Assembly: GCA_044892525.1 (NCBI GenBank)
Contig: CM097885.1
Span: forward strand, 4,156,001-4,220,000
DNA from: Schmidtea polychroa
Lineage: Eukaryota
Direction: 5' to 3'
Length of the DNA stretch: 64,000 nucleotides
Shown piece by piece: positions 1-12,481 of this stretch. Position 1 is the stretch's first letter. The number at the start of each line of letters is the position of its first letter. The position numbers and the translations under genes were made by a program. The notes below the pieces were generated by a model. The model saw only the letters and a list, made by a program, of their open reading frames with translations, made no database searches and was not told the origin of the DNA.

Positions 1-3000
1 TGTCATTCATACCCCTTCATCCTCAAGCATCCATGTTTGACCCACTCAATCCATTCAAACTAAGAAAAAAGAAAACAGAAATTCTCAAAACAATTCATTT
101 ACCATAACTTCATCTTTAGGTTTATTTTTTCGAATTTGACCATTTCTATCTAATGTACTTCTATTAATTTATTACTGTTAATTCTATCATCGTTACTACA
201 TTGGTTATTTTCTAGCAATTGTATTTTACTCCTTGCACTACTATGTTTTATTAATTTATGCGTGTGTTATGAAAGAGTAGTTCGGCGTTACTGGTGTCTC
301 TTTGTGTTATATTAAGCCTGATCAGATTTATATAAGAATCGAAATATATTAATTTGATTTTTATTAAAAATTACTATTTAATTATTTTAAATCCTGCGCC
401 GTAAATGTCGTCATGGTGACGCCTATCCGTGTGTAGGTATGCATGTTAGTAAGTACCGTCATGTCTGTTGAGATGCATGTGTTATATGATTAATCATCCG
501 CCTGTACTATTGGAATAATCTAATTGCTCTACTGTTTTAAAATGACGTGATCTAGTTGTGTGCTCCTTACATGCAGCCTAAATACCTCCCCCTCCACTGT
601 TATGCAATAGTGGTGTCGACATGTTCACTACATTCAAACTCGATGATGTGCCTGCGTGGTATTGTGTATAGTAATTAATAGACTTGACATCGCTGGAGGT
701 TTTCTCAGCTAAGTCGGAATTTCAGATGGTATTTACAGAAAATTCACCAATCTAATTACGTGAATTAATTTGCATTTTTTCGGTGTATGTGTACATTATT
801 AGGTGTGCAAATCTTGACATTCGGCATCCCTGCTGGCTTTACAGATAGTCAGAAAATTAGTCGGAGCAGTGAAAGAAAATTGATCTCTACGAGTGCGTGG
901 GTTAATTATGAATCCACTAGATAAAATTGAGTCTACGGTCAGATTTCCCTCTGCTATATTGATTCGTGATAAGGACTGTCAACTCGTTCGCTCAACGGCC
1001 TCCGCCCACAATCGATGCATTAGATATCTTATCGGAATATTACTGACTGGCTACTGCGGCTAACCCTAATCTGGATGAAAATAAACAGACAATTACCCCC
1101 TATCGCTGACGACTTTATCTTTCGGGCTCATGGTGGGTATTTTAATTTATTATCAAGAATTGTTTACATTCATATCCAAGCCGAGTTATTATCGATGACA
1201 GCGGCCAGACACTGGCTGATTATCAGGTCTACTCAGAATCGATGGAAATCGAGACAAAGGATCTATTCGTTAACGTCCTGGCGATGTAAATCGCTGAAAA
1301 ATTTCAATAGTCATGACATCTAATGTGAACCCTTTTGGAATTCTCGTGAAAATAATGATCTCTCTTAACGGATGTTTAGACAACTACTTTTCGAAATGTA
1401 AGAAGAAATCGGTTCTCAATCAAAGCTCAACAAAGACGCGATTGGATATAGTGCTGATGATTTTCAATTCGTATTTGTTCCTGGAATTCTCAATGTATTC
1501 ATTTTCGGCATCAAATTATGTAACTGCTGGTTTTCAATGGATAATCTTTTCCACGACGAGAGTGGCTGATCTCACTCGGTGAAAGAACCTCTGGCATCAT
1601 ATGTTATCGAATCTCTCGGGGTTTCCTCATCCCTTATGACCCACCCAAGAACAGTACGCATTGCTGCCCACCACTCTTAGACCGTCATGAAGGATGAATT
1701 GACCCAATCAACTTCGATCAATATATATCAAAAGAAAATAAATGTAACAAAATTAATTGAGGATATTATTAAATAAATAAATGACTATTTACCTGGCGAC
1801 CATGCCATTTGGGTTCCTGGTGTGATGAGACTCAATTCCTCCAACCGATCCATTGTCTATTTGTTCATCTTTCCCAATCTCACAAGCCTCTATCATGACT
1901 GTTACCACCCAAATCACTGATATATCTGATTTCGAAAAATTACTTGGATTCATATTCTAAAACTCATCTCCATCACACCAGAAGCTCCCAGAGGACACCG
2001 TCGCCAGCACCATGAAGAAAAAGAAATCTGTTTATAATAAATTAAATTTATTAGTATTAAATTGTAAGTTTGATATCATTTCAAATAAAATGTAAATACA
2101 CATAAATAAAATAAATAATGAGCCTTAATAAAAATCTTTCTCGAGGATGTCGGAAATTATAATCGAAAGGTATCCCAAATGGTTTGCTAAACTAATGTTT
2201 GGTTCACTGTCCGAGCTAACTAGATAAATTTAGTTCGATTCTCGTAAATGATTCCTGTAAATGATTTGTGAAGTTTGGTTCGAAGCGATTCCGGTTAGTA
2301 AGTTGAATGAATACTGTTTCTGTAATCGTTGATTAAAAAATGGTTCCTGAATGTCGTCCTGTAGAGTTTGATTAAAAGTGGTACTCTACTAATTTTTAGC
2401 GTTTCTTATATACTATTTTTCGTCCAATCAGGACTCGGTTAGGTTGTAATTTTATTATTTATTATTATTTTTATGTTTTTTATTATAATATCATGAATTT
2501 TAGTGACCTTATTTTATTTTTATTATTATTTTATTATTTTCTTAATTATAATTGTTTTTCTCTTATTTTTCTAGATTTATTGTCGTTTTGCTGCGGTATA
2601 ATTTTTTTGTTTTAATTAGCTTACAAATTTATTCAGGAATTGTTTTATTTTTATTTTATTTCTTTAATTTCTTATTTATTTTTCTTAAATTTTTTTGCTA
2701 TTTCTATTTCCCCTTTGTCTGTTATGCGCATTAGGTAGTTTCTTTTTTGTCTTATTTTTTAATCTTAAGGGTTTTATTATTTTATTAATTATTCCTATTT
2801 CTTTTATTGGTATTTTATTTGTTTCTTCCTATATATTACTGAGTTTTTCGGTAAAATTTATTTTTATCTTATTCTATTATTCCGTGGGATTCCTTTCTAC
2901 CTTCGGTTCACTTCTCGACATCCTCAAGACTTGGCCCAACATATTTGCAAAATTTTATTTTTATATTTCTTTCTAAAATTTCTTTTAAGATTATCGTCAG

Positions 3001-3881
3001 TGATATACTTTTTGCTATCAATATAAAATTGAAGACTACGAGTATTTTAAGCTAAGTTTAAGAAAATTAATGAATTTATGAAATATATAAATAAATTACT
3101 TACCTTAATTTTCAATGGTAAGTAGCAGATTTGTATTTTTAATTATAATAAAATAATTTAATTTAATTAGCTTCCTAGCACGCAGTACGAATACGAAGTG
3201 TATCATCTGAGAAACAAATACAATGTAACTGGGTAAGAAAAGCAATATGTTAGTCTTAGTAGTCCGTAGGATTCTTAGAATGCCAACAATGATTTTCATA
3301 AAGATAAAATTTAACTTAATTCTAAAAGTCGTGACTTTTGAAAAACGTTATGGACGCGGGATAAATCGTGAAAAATCGGGACTGTTCCGCCAAAAGTGGG
3401 TGTATTATAATCAGTGGTGTGATTCAAAATATTTAATAACGCGTTCGCACCCTCAAAACATTTGAGAACCTTATGGCAATCACTCAAAAAATTTTAAAAT
3501 ATATTCTGCTTCTGCTGTTTGTACAATATTAGTTAAATCGCGGTTTGATATTCGGGTTATATCTTCGCCAGACTTCGGCTTCTTTATTTCGACCAGTCAG
3601 AGGGGGAATGTCACTAACCTCTGACTGGCAGTTTGTTTGGCGTTTTTTTGTTTGGCGTCTGTGTGCGCGGTATGATTAGATTGAATTTTGTTGGTGTGCG
3701 CACACAGACGCGAGAAGTAGGTATGTTATAATGTATTTTAATTAGTTTTTTTATTTTGATTTGATTCAGAGTTGTTTGGCTGAATCAATGAATTTATGTT
3801 TTTTTCTGGAATTGGAGTGATTTGAACTCGATTGGAATTTTCTGTGTTCAAGACTGAAATATTCGTATTCCACGTCAATAA

Positions 3882-3946
3882 ATGTTTGCTTTCAAGAAAG
3901 ATAAGAAAGATGATGAAGGTAGTGGAAATATTTATCAATCTTTAGA
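3882..3946 (+). pseudogene. COPG: Coatomer subunit gamma, 5' part of first coding exon (interrupted by Polinton)
   Basis: ATG at 3882 reads MFAFKKDKKDDEGSGNIYQSL(D). Removing the element and one TTTAGA copy joins it in frame to KSTVLQEARVFNESPINPKKC at 21119, matching the gamma-COP N-terminus. With the insertion present, the frame stops at TAG 4038-4040. Confidence 0.9.
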
Positions 3947-4037
3947 AGTAGTAGGATTGGTCACCGCCAGACCAGGTCACCGCCAGGCCACATATACCCC
4001 CTCCCCCCCCCGGTCTGAAAAATTTTATTTTTTTTTT

Positions 4038-5432
4038 TAGAACGATGCCTAATATTTTTAGAACTATTACGTAATTTTTTTAAATTAATTGGTCCAGCGG
4101 TGACCTACTTTTTTTCATCCCAAAAATTAATGTTCCCGCCAACAGATTTTATTGGACGATACCCCATCTTAAAGCTCAGTCCAAGACCTTTCGAATGAGC
4201 TATAGGTATCTTATATATCTTTAATAGTTTTAATGTTATTAACAATTGATGACCACCATCTTTTCAACGTTAAATTATTATTATTATTCAAAATATTATT
4301 AATTGGTCCAGCGGTGACCTACTTTTTTTCATCCCAAAAATTAATGTTTCCATCATCTGAATTTATTGAACGATACCTCATCTTAAAGCTCGGTCCAAGA
4401 CCTTTCGAATGAGCTATTGAAGGTATCAACATCATTAATATTAACAAGGAGAATGATTCACCCAATGACTCATCCAACGATGCCTAATATTTTTAGAACG
4501 ATGCCTAATATTTTTAGAATGATTACGTCACATTTTTAGAACGATGCCTAATATATTTAGAACGATGCCTAATATTTTTAGAACTATTACGTAATTTTTT
4601 TAAATTAATTGGTCCAGCGGTGACCTACTTTTTTTCATCCCAAAAATTAATGTTCCCACCAACAGATTTTATTGACCGATACCTCATCTTAAAGCTCAGT
4701 CCAAGACCTTTCGAATGAGCTATAGGTATCATATATATCTTTAATAGTTTTAATGTTATTAACATTTAATGACCACCATCTTTTCAAAGTTAAATTATTA
4801 TTATTTGTCAAAATATTATTAATTGGCCCAGCGGGCTCCTACTTTTTTTCATCCCAAAGATAAATGTTCCCGCCAACATATTATATTGATCGATAGCTTA
4901 TTTTAAAGCTCTGTGCAAGAACTTTCTAATGAGATATAGATTTTTATCATACGATGACTCATCACATTTTTAGAACAAAGACAATGACTCATCATATTTT
5001 TAGAACGATGCCTAATATTTTTAGATTGATTACATCATATTTTTAGAACGATGCCTAATATTTTTAGAACGATGCCTAATATTTTTAGAATGATTACATC
5101 ATATTTTTAGAACGATGCCAAATATTTTTAGAACGATGCCTAATATTTTTAGAACTATTACGTAATCGATGTCTAATATTTTTAGAACGATGCCAAATAT
5201 TTTTAGAATGGTGCCTAATATTTTTAGAACGATTACGTCATACTTTTAGAACGATGTCTAATATTTTTAGAACGATGCCTAATATTTTTAGAACTATTAC
5301 GTAATCGATGTCTAATATTTTTAGAACGATGCCAAATATTTTTAGAATGGTGCCTAATATTTTTAGAACGATTACGTCATACTTTTAGAACGATGTCTAA
5401 TATTTTTAGAACGATGCCAAATATTTTTAGAA
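4038..5432. repeat. Subterminal tandem arrays (left): 21-bp AGAACGATGCCTAATATTTTT units and four ~200-bp units
   Basis: Units starting AATTGG(T/C)CCAGCGG near 4088, 4301, 4608 and 4821; many 21-bp copies at 4490-4590 and 5000-5430. Confidence 0.93.
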
Positions 5433-5514
5433 CTAATAATTTTTGTTTTAATTATCGAATACGTAATAATATAATTTTGTTTAAATCGTTGATTACATAT
5501 TATTATTTTCTAAG

Positions 5515-5568
<54 letters not shown>

Positions 5569-5737
5569 CATATATACTCTTAATCTATCCGACAAGATAT
5601 TCTGTCCCCCTATGGGTACTGCACACAAGGGTACTACTCACATTCAACAAGTCACAAGGGTACTGTTCACAAAATTACTGGTAAAAATATTCAAGACAAA
5701 ACTTTCTAAATTCTAAATATTATTCTTTAAATATACA

Positions 5738-6096
5738 CTAAAATTTATTAACACATTCACATTCATCATCTCCACAGTTCATAACATTTTCAACAACATG
5801 ATCTATACAATCCCTATATACACACGGTTCAGTATCCGTAAATTCCTCCATAGGTTCATCAATTTCTTGAATGCTTTCCTCATCATCTTGAGTGTTTTCT
5901 TCATCTGTTTCATCAAATTCCGAATCTTCACTCTCTGCTACCCAGTCTATATTTAATGCGTTTGTAACAGATAATATATCCGCCATTTTCACACCAGATA
6001 TTTCTGCTAATTTTTCCAATAAAAAGTTTATTATAAATTCTAAATATTAAATAATTCGATAATTAACTAATCATATTAACCTTTTTCTGTAGTCAT
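5738..6096 (-). CDS. Polinton acidic protein with Cys-rich C-terminus, spliced (left-arm copy)
   Basis: Mirror of 18953-19311. Confidence 0.75.
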
Positions 6097-6192
6097 TATT
6101 AGTATTTTAAAACTATAGTATATATTTGTTTATAGAAAATATAGAATATAAGCGAAAACAAATATGACTAAATACATTTATTAAATACAACA

Positions 6193-6612
6193 TTAAAATA
6201 ACTGTGAAAGTCTAGCAGACATAATTTTCCAAATTGGAGAATACACATCATTATTATCAACTTTATATCCTTGGATTGTAATTGTTATATACCAATTTTC
6301 GTTTTCTTTGAAACTGATTTCATCAAAGGAATCATAAAATTTTGCATATCGGTTGTTGAAAAATGCATTTTGATTGCATGATAGATTTGTATTCAACCTT
6401 TTGAAAACATCATCTATGGTTTTAATATCTAACATTGAAAGCGTGCCGGTTAAGAATTGAAATTGGGTAGGAATTAGCTTGATCGGTGACACCAATTTCA
6501 TATTGATTTCTTCTTTTAAAAAATACATTTTGTAGTTGTGGAACATTTGAACAGGTTGTACAAGTTCTGGAACTACTTTTGGTTTTTCAGTGCTTGAAAT
6601 TTTCTTGGTCAT
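6193..6612 (-). CDS. Polinton 139-aa protein, possible OB-fold ssDNA-binding protein (left-arm copy)
   Basis: Identical translation to 18437-18856. Confidence 0.7.
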   Translation of the reverse strand: MTKKISSTEKPKVVPELVQPVQMFHNYKMYFLKEEINMKLVSPIKLIPTQFQFLTGTLSMLDIKTIDDVFKRLNTNLSCNQNAFFNNRYAKFYDSFDEISFKENENWYITITIQGYKVDNNDVYSPIWKIMSARLSQLF

Positions 6613-6720
6613 TGTGAATTATGATTAAAATGAAATGGTACAGGGTTTTTATACCTATGACTATTGTTTATCATCCAATCAGATTGCAGTATGTTTTTGT
6701 TTTAATTGAATGATAAATAA

Positions 6721-7185
6721 TTAATTAAGTGATAATAAAAAATCTAAAAATTCTTTTCCTTCAATTATTGATTTAATTTCAGATATGATATTATCAACTA
6801 TACATTTGTAATCAATATTTTTTATTCCAAGAATTACTATCTTACCGCTAGCGAATATATTTACACACATAGGGTTATATTTTATATATCTCAAAGCTGG
6901 AAATAATTCTGGTTCATAAAAGCATGGTATTAATTTAGCTAATTTATTTAAATTACAAGAAAAACCTATATCGGAAGTTACGGTTATCGATTGTATTTCT
7001 AAATCATAAACATTATATTCACTAGCTTTGATTATTTCCTTACACCCCATAATTCTACATTTACCAGTTTTGAAATATATTATTGGATATTTATTACTTC
7101 TGTTGATAAGTTGTTGTGGTTTCCCTATTGGAAATACCATTTTTGATACATCAGTTTTTGCCCTGTAATTTATATTTGAAAGCAT
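6721..7185 (-). CDS. TBP-like protein (left-arm copy)
   Basis: Identical translation to 17864-18328; contains YEPELFPAL and IFASGKIVILG. Confidence 0.88.
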   Translation of the reverse strand: MLSNINYRAKTDVSKMVFPIGKPQQLINRSNKYPIIYFKTGKCRIMGCKEIIKASEYNVYDLEIQSITVTSDIGFSCNLNKLAKLIPCFYEPELFPALRYIKYNPMCVNIFASGKIVILGIKNIDYKCIVDNIISEIKSIIEGKEFLDFLLSLN

Positions 7186-7289
7186 TTTAATGAAATAATT
7201 TTAAAAACTTTGATATATATAGGTATTTAAAAACAGAGTTCATTTAAATTATCAATATAAACAATAATTATATAGTTTAAATTTAAAAA

Positions 7290-7928
7290 ATGGAATTACG
7301 AAATGATGCAGTATACCAAATCGTTGGTCCAAGTGGTAGCGGGAAAACTTTATTTGTTTGTAAATTACTAAAATCAAATTTGTTTAAAACAAAATTCAAC
7401 AATATTTATTGGCATAGGGGCGCCGACGAAGAACACGGATTGACGCAATCAAGTTTCTGTCAGTTGAAAAACATGAAAATAGTAAAGGGCTTTGATAAAA
7501 ACTGGTTAAGTCGTTTGAAGAAAGATGATGTCATCATTATCGATGATTTGTATCAAGAAGCCAATAAAGAAAAGGACTTTAATAATTTATTCACAAAACT
7601 CAGCAGACATGTTGGTGTAACAGTTATTTTCATAACACAAAATCTATTTCATCAAGGTGGTGCACATCGAACACGTAATTTAAATGTACAATATTTAGTT
7701 ATTTTCAAGAATCCTAGAGATGCAACTGTCATTGATTTTCTTGGACGACAAGCATACCCTAATAACCGTAATTTTCTTATCAGTGCATTTCAAGATGCCA
7801 CGAAAATACCGCATGGGTATATATTTCTCGATTTCACACAACAATGCCCTGATGATATACGCGTAAAAACAGATATTTTCAACCCAAAAGGTGCCATGGT
7901 ATATAAACAAAGTTCAAAACAAAGTTGA
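7290..7928 (+). CDS. A32/FtsK-like packaging ATPase (left-arm copy)
   Basis: Walker A GPSGSGKT, Walker B IIIDDL, SRH and ITQNLF motifs; one L/S difference from the right copy. Confidence 0.95.
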   Translation: MELRNDAVYQIVGPSGSGKTLFVCKLLKSNLFKTKFNNIYWHRGADEEHGLTQSSFCQLKNMKIVKGFDKNWLSRLKKDDVIIIDDLYQEANKEKDFNNLFTKLSRHVGVTVIFITQNLFHQGGAHRTRNLNVQYLVIFKNPRDATVIDFLGRQAYPNNRNFLISAFQDATKIPHGYIFLDFTQQCPDDIRVKTDIFNPKGAMVYKQSSKQS

Positions 7929-7941
7929 AAACATATAAATC

Positions 7942-8319
7942 ATGTTTTCAAAAACAAGGATATCGGGTAAAAAACAACCAAAAGTTCCACCAACAACTAG
8001 TTATACTCCATCTAAAGAACTTATTACAGAAAATTTTCCTGCAATGAATCTTATTTCGAAAAATCCTAAACCTAAAAGTAAAACCACTAAGAAAGTAAAA
8101 GTTGTTAAAAATCATCGGAGTTTCCCGTTTTTCAATACATTGTTAAAGGCACCAAGTATGAAAAGAAACAGTATTTTGCAATCATTTCCAAATTATGTTG
8201 TCGATGATTTACTCGATATTATACTTAAAGTAGTCAAAGGCAAGATTAAAATCAGTAAATCTAAAAAGCAATTATTGAGTAAACATAGGAAACCTTTGCT
8301 ATCATTAGTAAATAATTAG
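7942..8319 (+). pseudogene. Truncated copy of the 162-aa basic core-like protein
   Basis: First 125 aa of 16619-17107, ending at the arm boundary; lacks the QQGGF C-terminus. Confidence 0.9.
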
Positions 8320-10452
8320 AATCACGAAAGGCCCGCTCTTCAGCGAAAGACAAGGTTTGCATGGGCTTTTTCCCATTAATTTCGTAATATGGCAGGACAA
8401 TTGTCATAGCAATTTCCTCCACCTTACGCAAGAAAGATAAGATGCAATCATCCCCAACAAACTCATAATAAAATTTGGAGTTATTATAATTATTTATTAA
8501 TAATAAACCTGCTGTTATTGGCAAATGCTTTTGATAGTGTATTATATCCCCCGGTAAAATTGATTCAAAGTCAGCATATATCACGAATGGCGGGGTTATG
8601 GTTTTCGCATAATTTTGAAAAATTAAATTTTTCTCTTTAGGTAGGGTATATAAAGTAGTACCTATCTGGTTTTTAATGCATAAGGCAACGTGAATATCAA
8701 ATGCATTTTTATGTCTAAATCCGTTAAGACAATGGGGGCACCAGTTTACACAAATTTGAACACTACAAGAGCTACTACGGTGCGAGTTCATTAATTTTTG
8801 CAAATTGAAAACTGCGGTATAATGGAAATTATCTCCGTCTTCCAATAAAAGTAAGTATAAGGGTTCACCACCTATAACCTTAGATCGGTGAATTATATCT
8901 AATTGAGGATGATGTGGAATATAATTATCGTCAACTATATTTTCAAAAGGCTTAGCAGGGGTCGTTCTATAAGTTAAAACATTTATTGCTAAATTTAAAT
9001 CCTTATTTTTCATCTCGAATTTAGGAATATCACATAGTTTCATTGGACAGTCGGAAATGGGGTCAAAATTTAACTCGTCAAGATAATTTTGATAGGAACT
9101 AACACGGTTCCTATGACTATGTACGACATTACGTTTTAAAAGTGCTAAAATACTATATATAAAGCACATATCATCGGTGTTTTTAACATTTACTATTGCA
9201 TTTTTAGATTTTAAAGATGATGGGGTGGGGATGTAACTATGTCCAGCTAGCCTATTCATATGTGTAAATTTTGTTAATATAAAATCTATTTCTTTGATTT
9301 TAACAACCCGCCATCCACTACCCAAATATGTGAATTTTTCTATTTTATTATTTAATTTGTGAACCCCCTCACTTAGAAAACTATCTGAAAAAGCCTCTGC
9401 CCTATTCGAGAAGAAATTATCTTTAATTTCACCATCTTTTTCAAATTGAATCAATACAGAGAATTGTATTTTCACCGACCCCATTCTGTTTATTTCATGT
9501 TTTAACTTATTAACGATTTTATCGGTTATGGATATTTGAACGATGTTATCCTTTTCTACATTAAATCTTAGATTCTTTCGAACCCCCTTAAAATCAATTT
9601 CGATTTCAGGTTCATCGTCAATATCGACTGAACCGCCTACTTGAATATTATTAACCACAGTTATTTGTTCTAATTTATTAATTTTAGAGGGAGCATCAGA
9701 CCCAATACTAACAGCAGGTCTTTTTAAATTATTATTTACATTAATAACATTATTAATTAGAGGTTTTGTAATATTATTTACATGTTTTGTATTAGTTTTA
9801 ATTACAGGTTTTGTAATATTATTTACAGGTTTTGTATTATTTACATTAGTTTTAATTATAGGTTTTGCAGTATTTCGTAGTTTGTTAAATAAATCCTTTT
9901 TATTTAAAGAGAACTGATTTAAATGGGATTTATGTATACTGTAAAACTCTAAATATTTAATTCTATGGGAAGTCTCGCATATTGGACATATATAGTACTT
10001 GATGCCATAAAATTTACGACCATAATATTTTTTCATCACTTTGTGACATAAATTTGAGTGACCAGTTGAAGCCTGGCAGTAATGTGGATAAAATTTGCCT
10101 GTTAATTATATTTATCAATTAATATTAATCATGAAATTAATATATCATTTATAGTTCTTTTATCATTTAGTTCTTATAAGGATTTTACAATTATTGATAT
10201 ATGTTTCATTTAAATACAATATAAAAATGAAATAAATATTAATAATTGTAAAATATTAATAAAGTCTTGTAAACTATAATAGGGATTTTATTATTATTAT
10301 TATTATTGTTTCTGTAGTTACATGCTCACTGTAACCTACATGTTTATATAATAAGAGTCTTTAGTTGCATGCTAACTAAACATATTAAATTATTAAAATA
10401 ATATTATAAAGAGAGTATATGTATAGAATAAAAATATTAGTATTATTATTAT

Positions 10453-10990
10453 TGATGTAGCTGCATGCTCAAAGATTGTAATTATTGCATAATAAATAGT
10501 TTGATGCAGCTGCATGCAGACTACATTTAATAAAGGGTATTTATTACGTAATAAATAGTTGATGTAGCCGCATGCAGACTACATTTAAAGATTGTATTTA
10601 TTACGTAATAAATAGTTTGATGCAGCTGCATGCAGACTACATTTAAAGATTGTATTTATTACGTAATAAATAGTTTGATGCAGCTGCATGCAGACTACAT
10701 TTAATAAAGGGTATTTATTATGTAATAAATATTTGATGCAGCTGACTGCTGACTACATTTATTGGGGCAATCATAATAAAAGAGATATGTAGCTGCATGC
10801 TGACTGCAGACTACATTTATTGGGGCAATCATAATAAAAGAGATATGTAGCTGCATGCTCACTGCAGACTACATTTATTGGGGCAATCATAATAAAAGAG
10901 ATATGTAGCTGCATGCTCACTGCAGACTACATTTATTGGGGCAATCATAATAAAAGAGATATGTAGCTGCATGCTCACTGCAGACTACAA
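10453..10990. repeat. Two adjacent ~58-bp tandem arrays with palindromes
   Basis: About 5 units with ATGCAGCTGCAT and TATTTATTACGTAATAAATA, then 4 units of GACTACATTTATTGGGGCAATCATAATAAAAGAGATATGTAGCTGCATGCTCACTGCA. Confidence 0.93.
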
Positions 10991-11015
10991 GATATATTTT
11001 TATTACTATTTTTAA

Positions 11016-11052
<37 letters not shown>

Positions 11053-11125
11053 TTAACTAATGTAGTTGCTCATTGCAAACTACAAGGAATATTTTAAAAC
11101 TATTGTTTCTTAAATACTTTTTAAA

Positions 11126-11290
11126 CATTTTCTTCATCATAATATTTTCATCATTTTCTTCATCATAATATTTTCATCATTTTCTTCATCATAATATTTT
11201 CATCATTTTCTTCATCATAATATTTTCATCATTTTCTTCATCATCATAATATTTTCATCATTTTCTTCATCATCATAATATTTTCATCAT
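11126..11290. repeat. 26/29-bp tandem repeat, 6 copies
   Basis: CATTTTCTTCATCATAATATTTTCAT x4, then 2 copies with an extra CAT. Confidence 0.92.
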
Positions 11291-12067
11291 TTAGTCAACA
11301 TAACATTTTCAATTTCATTATAATATTTTCTTCATTTTCATAATAAGTTTTTATAAATAAGTTTTTAAAGAAAATGTTTAAAAAGTATTTAAGAAATTTA
11401 CAAGGTTTTTAAAAAAAAATAAATATATAAAAATAAATAAATACTAACATCGTGATTCCATGTCGGAATCTGATTCATTATCAGCAACCTCCTCAATAGA
11501 AGTGAGGGCATTATCCGCATTAACAAGCTCCTCGATTGTATTATCCACATAATTCAGCTCATCGATAGAAGTCAGTGCATTATTCATCTCCTCAATAGAA
11601 TCATTATTAATTGGAACATCGATTTCAGCGTCCATGTCAACATTAAACACTAAAATGATTTTTAAAAAATAATATACTAAAATAAAATAAATTTACTTTG
11701 TTCATTAAAAACATTGTTTTGCCTAACAAATAAGGCATCATTATCCGGGGCATCATTTTGCCCAATAAACACGACATCATCATCGTCGCTAATTATAATA
11801 GGTTCTAAATAAAATAATAATTTCATAAAAATTAAAATATTTAAATTTACCGAAAATCCTATCAACATTCAAAATTGAATCATCTTCAGTCACTTGGTAC
11901 CATAAATTCTCTAAAATAATAAATAAAAATAATAATAATAATAACTAAATAATTTACCATTTTCACCCATCAACATTGCATTCAAAATTTTGTGTAAATC
12001 AGCGTCCATTTTAATTTAAAATTTGTAAATTTAAGAATAATTATGACAAATTTTAGAATTGTCAATG

Positions 12068-12150
12068 TTTATATAGAACAGGAATATTTCCATGTCTCAA
12101 CCAATCAGAATTAAGACACATTCCTGAATACTTTTCCTCTATCAGCCAAT
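12068..12150 (-). promoter_or_regulatory. Putative Pol II promoter of spliced pPolB (TATA plus two CCAAT boxes)
   Basis: TATATAAA on the minus strand at 12075-12068, ~60 nt upstream of ATG 12009; CCAATCA at ~12101 and ~12146. Confidence 0.55.
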
Positions 12151-12239
12151 CAAATGGTAGCAAATGGGATTGCATATCTTTGTGCATGCACAATGTTTGT
12201 GTAGTTAGATAATAATATTTTTCAAAATAAATTTAATTA

Positions 12240-12331
12240 AAAATAATAATATTAATAATAATAATAATAATAATATTAATAATAATAATAATAATGATAT
12301 TAATAATAATAATAATATTAATAATAATAAT

Positions 12332-12389
<58 letters not shown>

Positions 12390-12450
12390 TAATAATAATA
12401 TTAATAATAATAATAATAATAATAAAATAATAATAATAATAATAAAATAA

Positions 12451-12481
<31 letters not shown>

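Larger units (their letters stand above)
3947..8316. repeat. Left arm of ~4.37-kb inverted repeat
   Basis: Reverse complement of 16733-21111. Differs only by a few substitutions and by homopolymer/(ATT)n lengths. Identity ends after ...CATTAGTAAATAAT (8316 pairs with 16733). Confidence 0.97.
8261..12009 (-). pseudogene. Protein-primed family B DNA polymerase, spliced and 3'-truncated; proposed exons 12009-11958, 11910-11851, 11804-11697, 11649-11449, 10098-8261
   Basis: Polinton pPolB motifs GSGW, SYIPTP..KNAIVNVKNTDDMCF and exonuclease I PPFVIYADFES. No polymerase motifs; the frame runs into the left arm at 8316. All four proposed introns are GT-AG, phase 1 and keep the frame open. The long exon is secure; joining the upstream exons is inference. 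Confidence 0.88.

Noticed and set aside
700..2050. Short ORFs at 1075-1582 in moderately GC-rich sequence
   Set aside because: Fragmented and without a recognisable family; probably decayed element sequence, but I cannot support a call.
5393..5716. Poly-Ile/Leu/Tyr ORFs (also 12205-12522, 19333-19668, 22310-22618, 26746-26952)
   Set aside because: Translations of (ATT)n microsatellites and 21-bp repeats.
6721..7185. Host TBP gene
   Set aside because: Inside the element arms, intronless, and far more divergent than cellular TBPs.
7695..7910. Antisense or alternative-frame ORFs inside real genes (also 14875-15225, 16383-16724, 17139-17354, 23660-23899, 29189-29494, 50563-51009, 61662-62222)
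   Set aside because: Shadows of recognised CDSs, with no motifs of their own.
10453..10990. CRISPR-like appearance of palindromic repeats
   Set aside because: No unique spacers, no cas genes, eukaryotic context.
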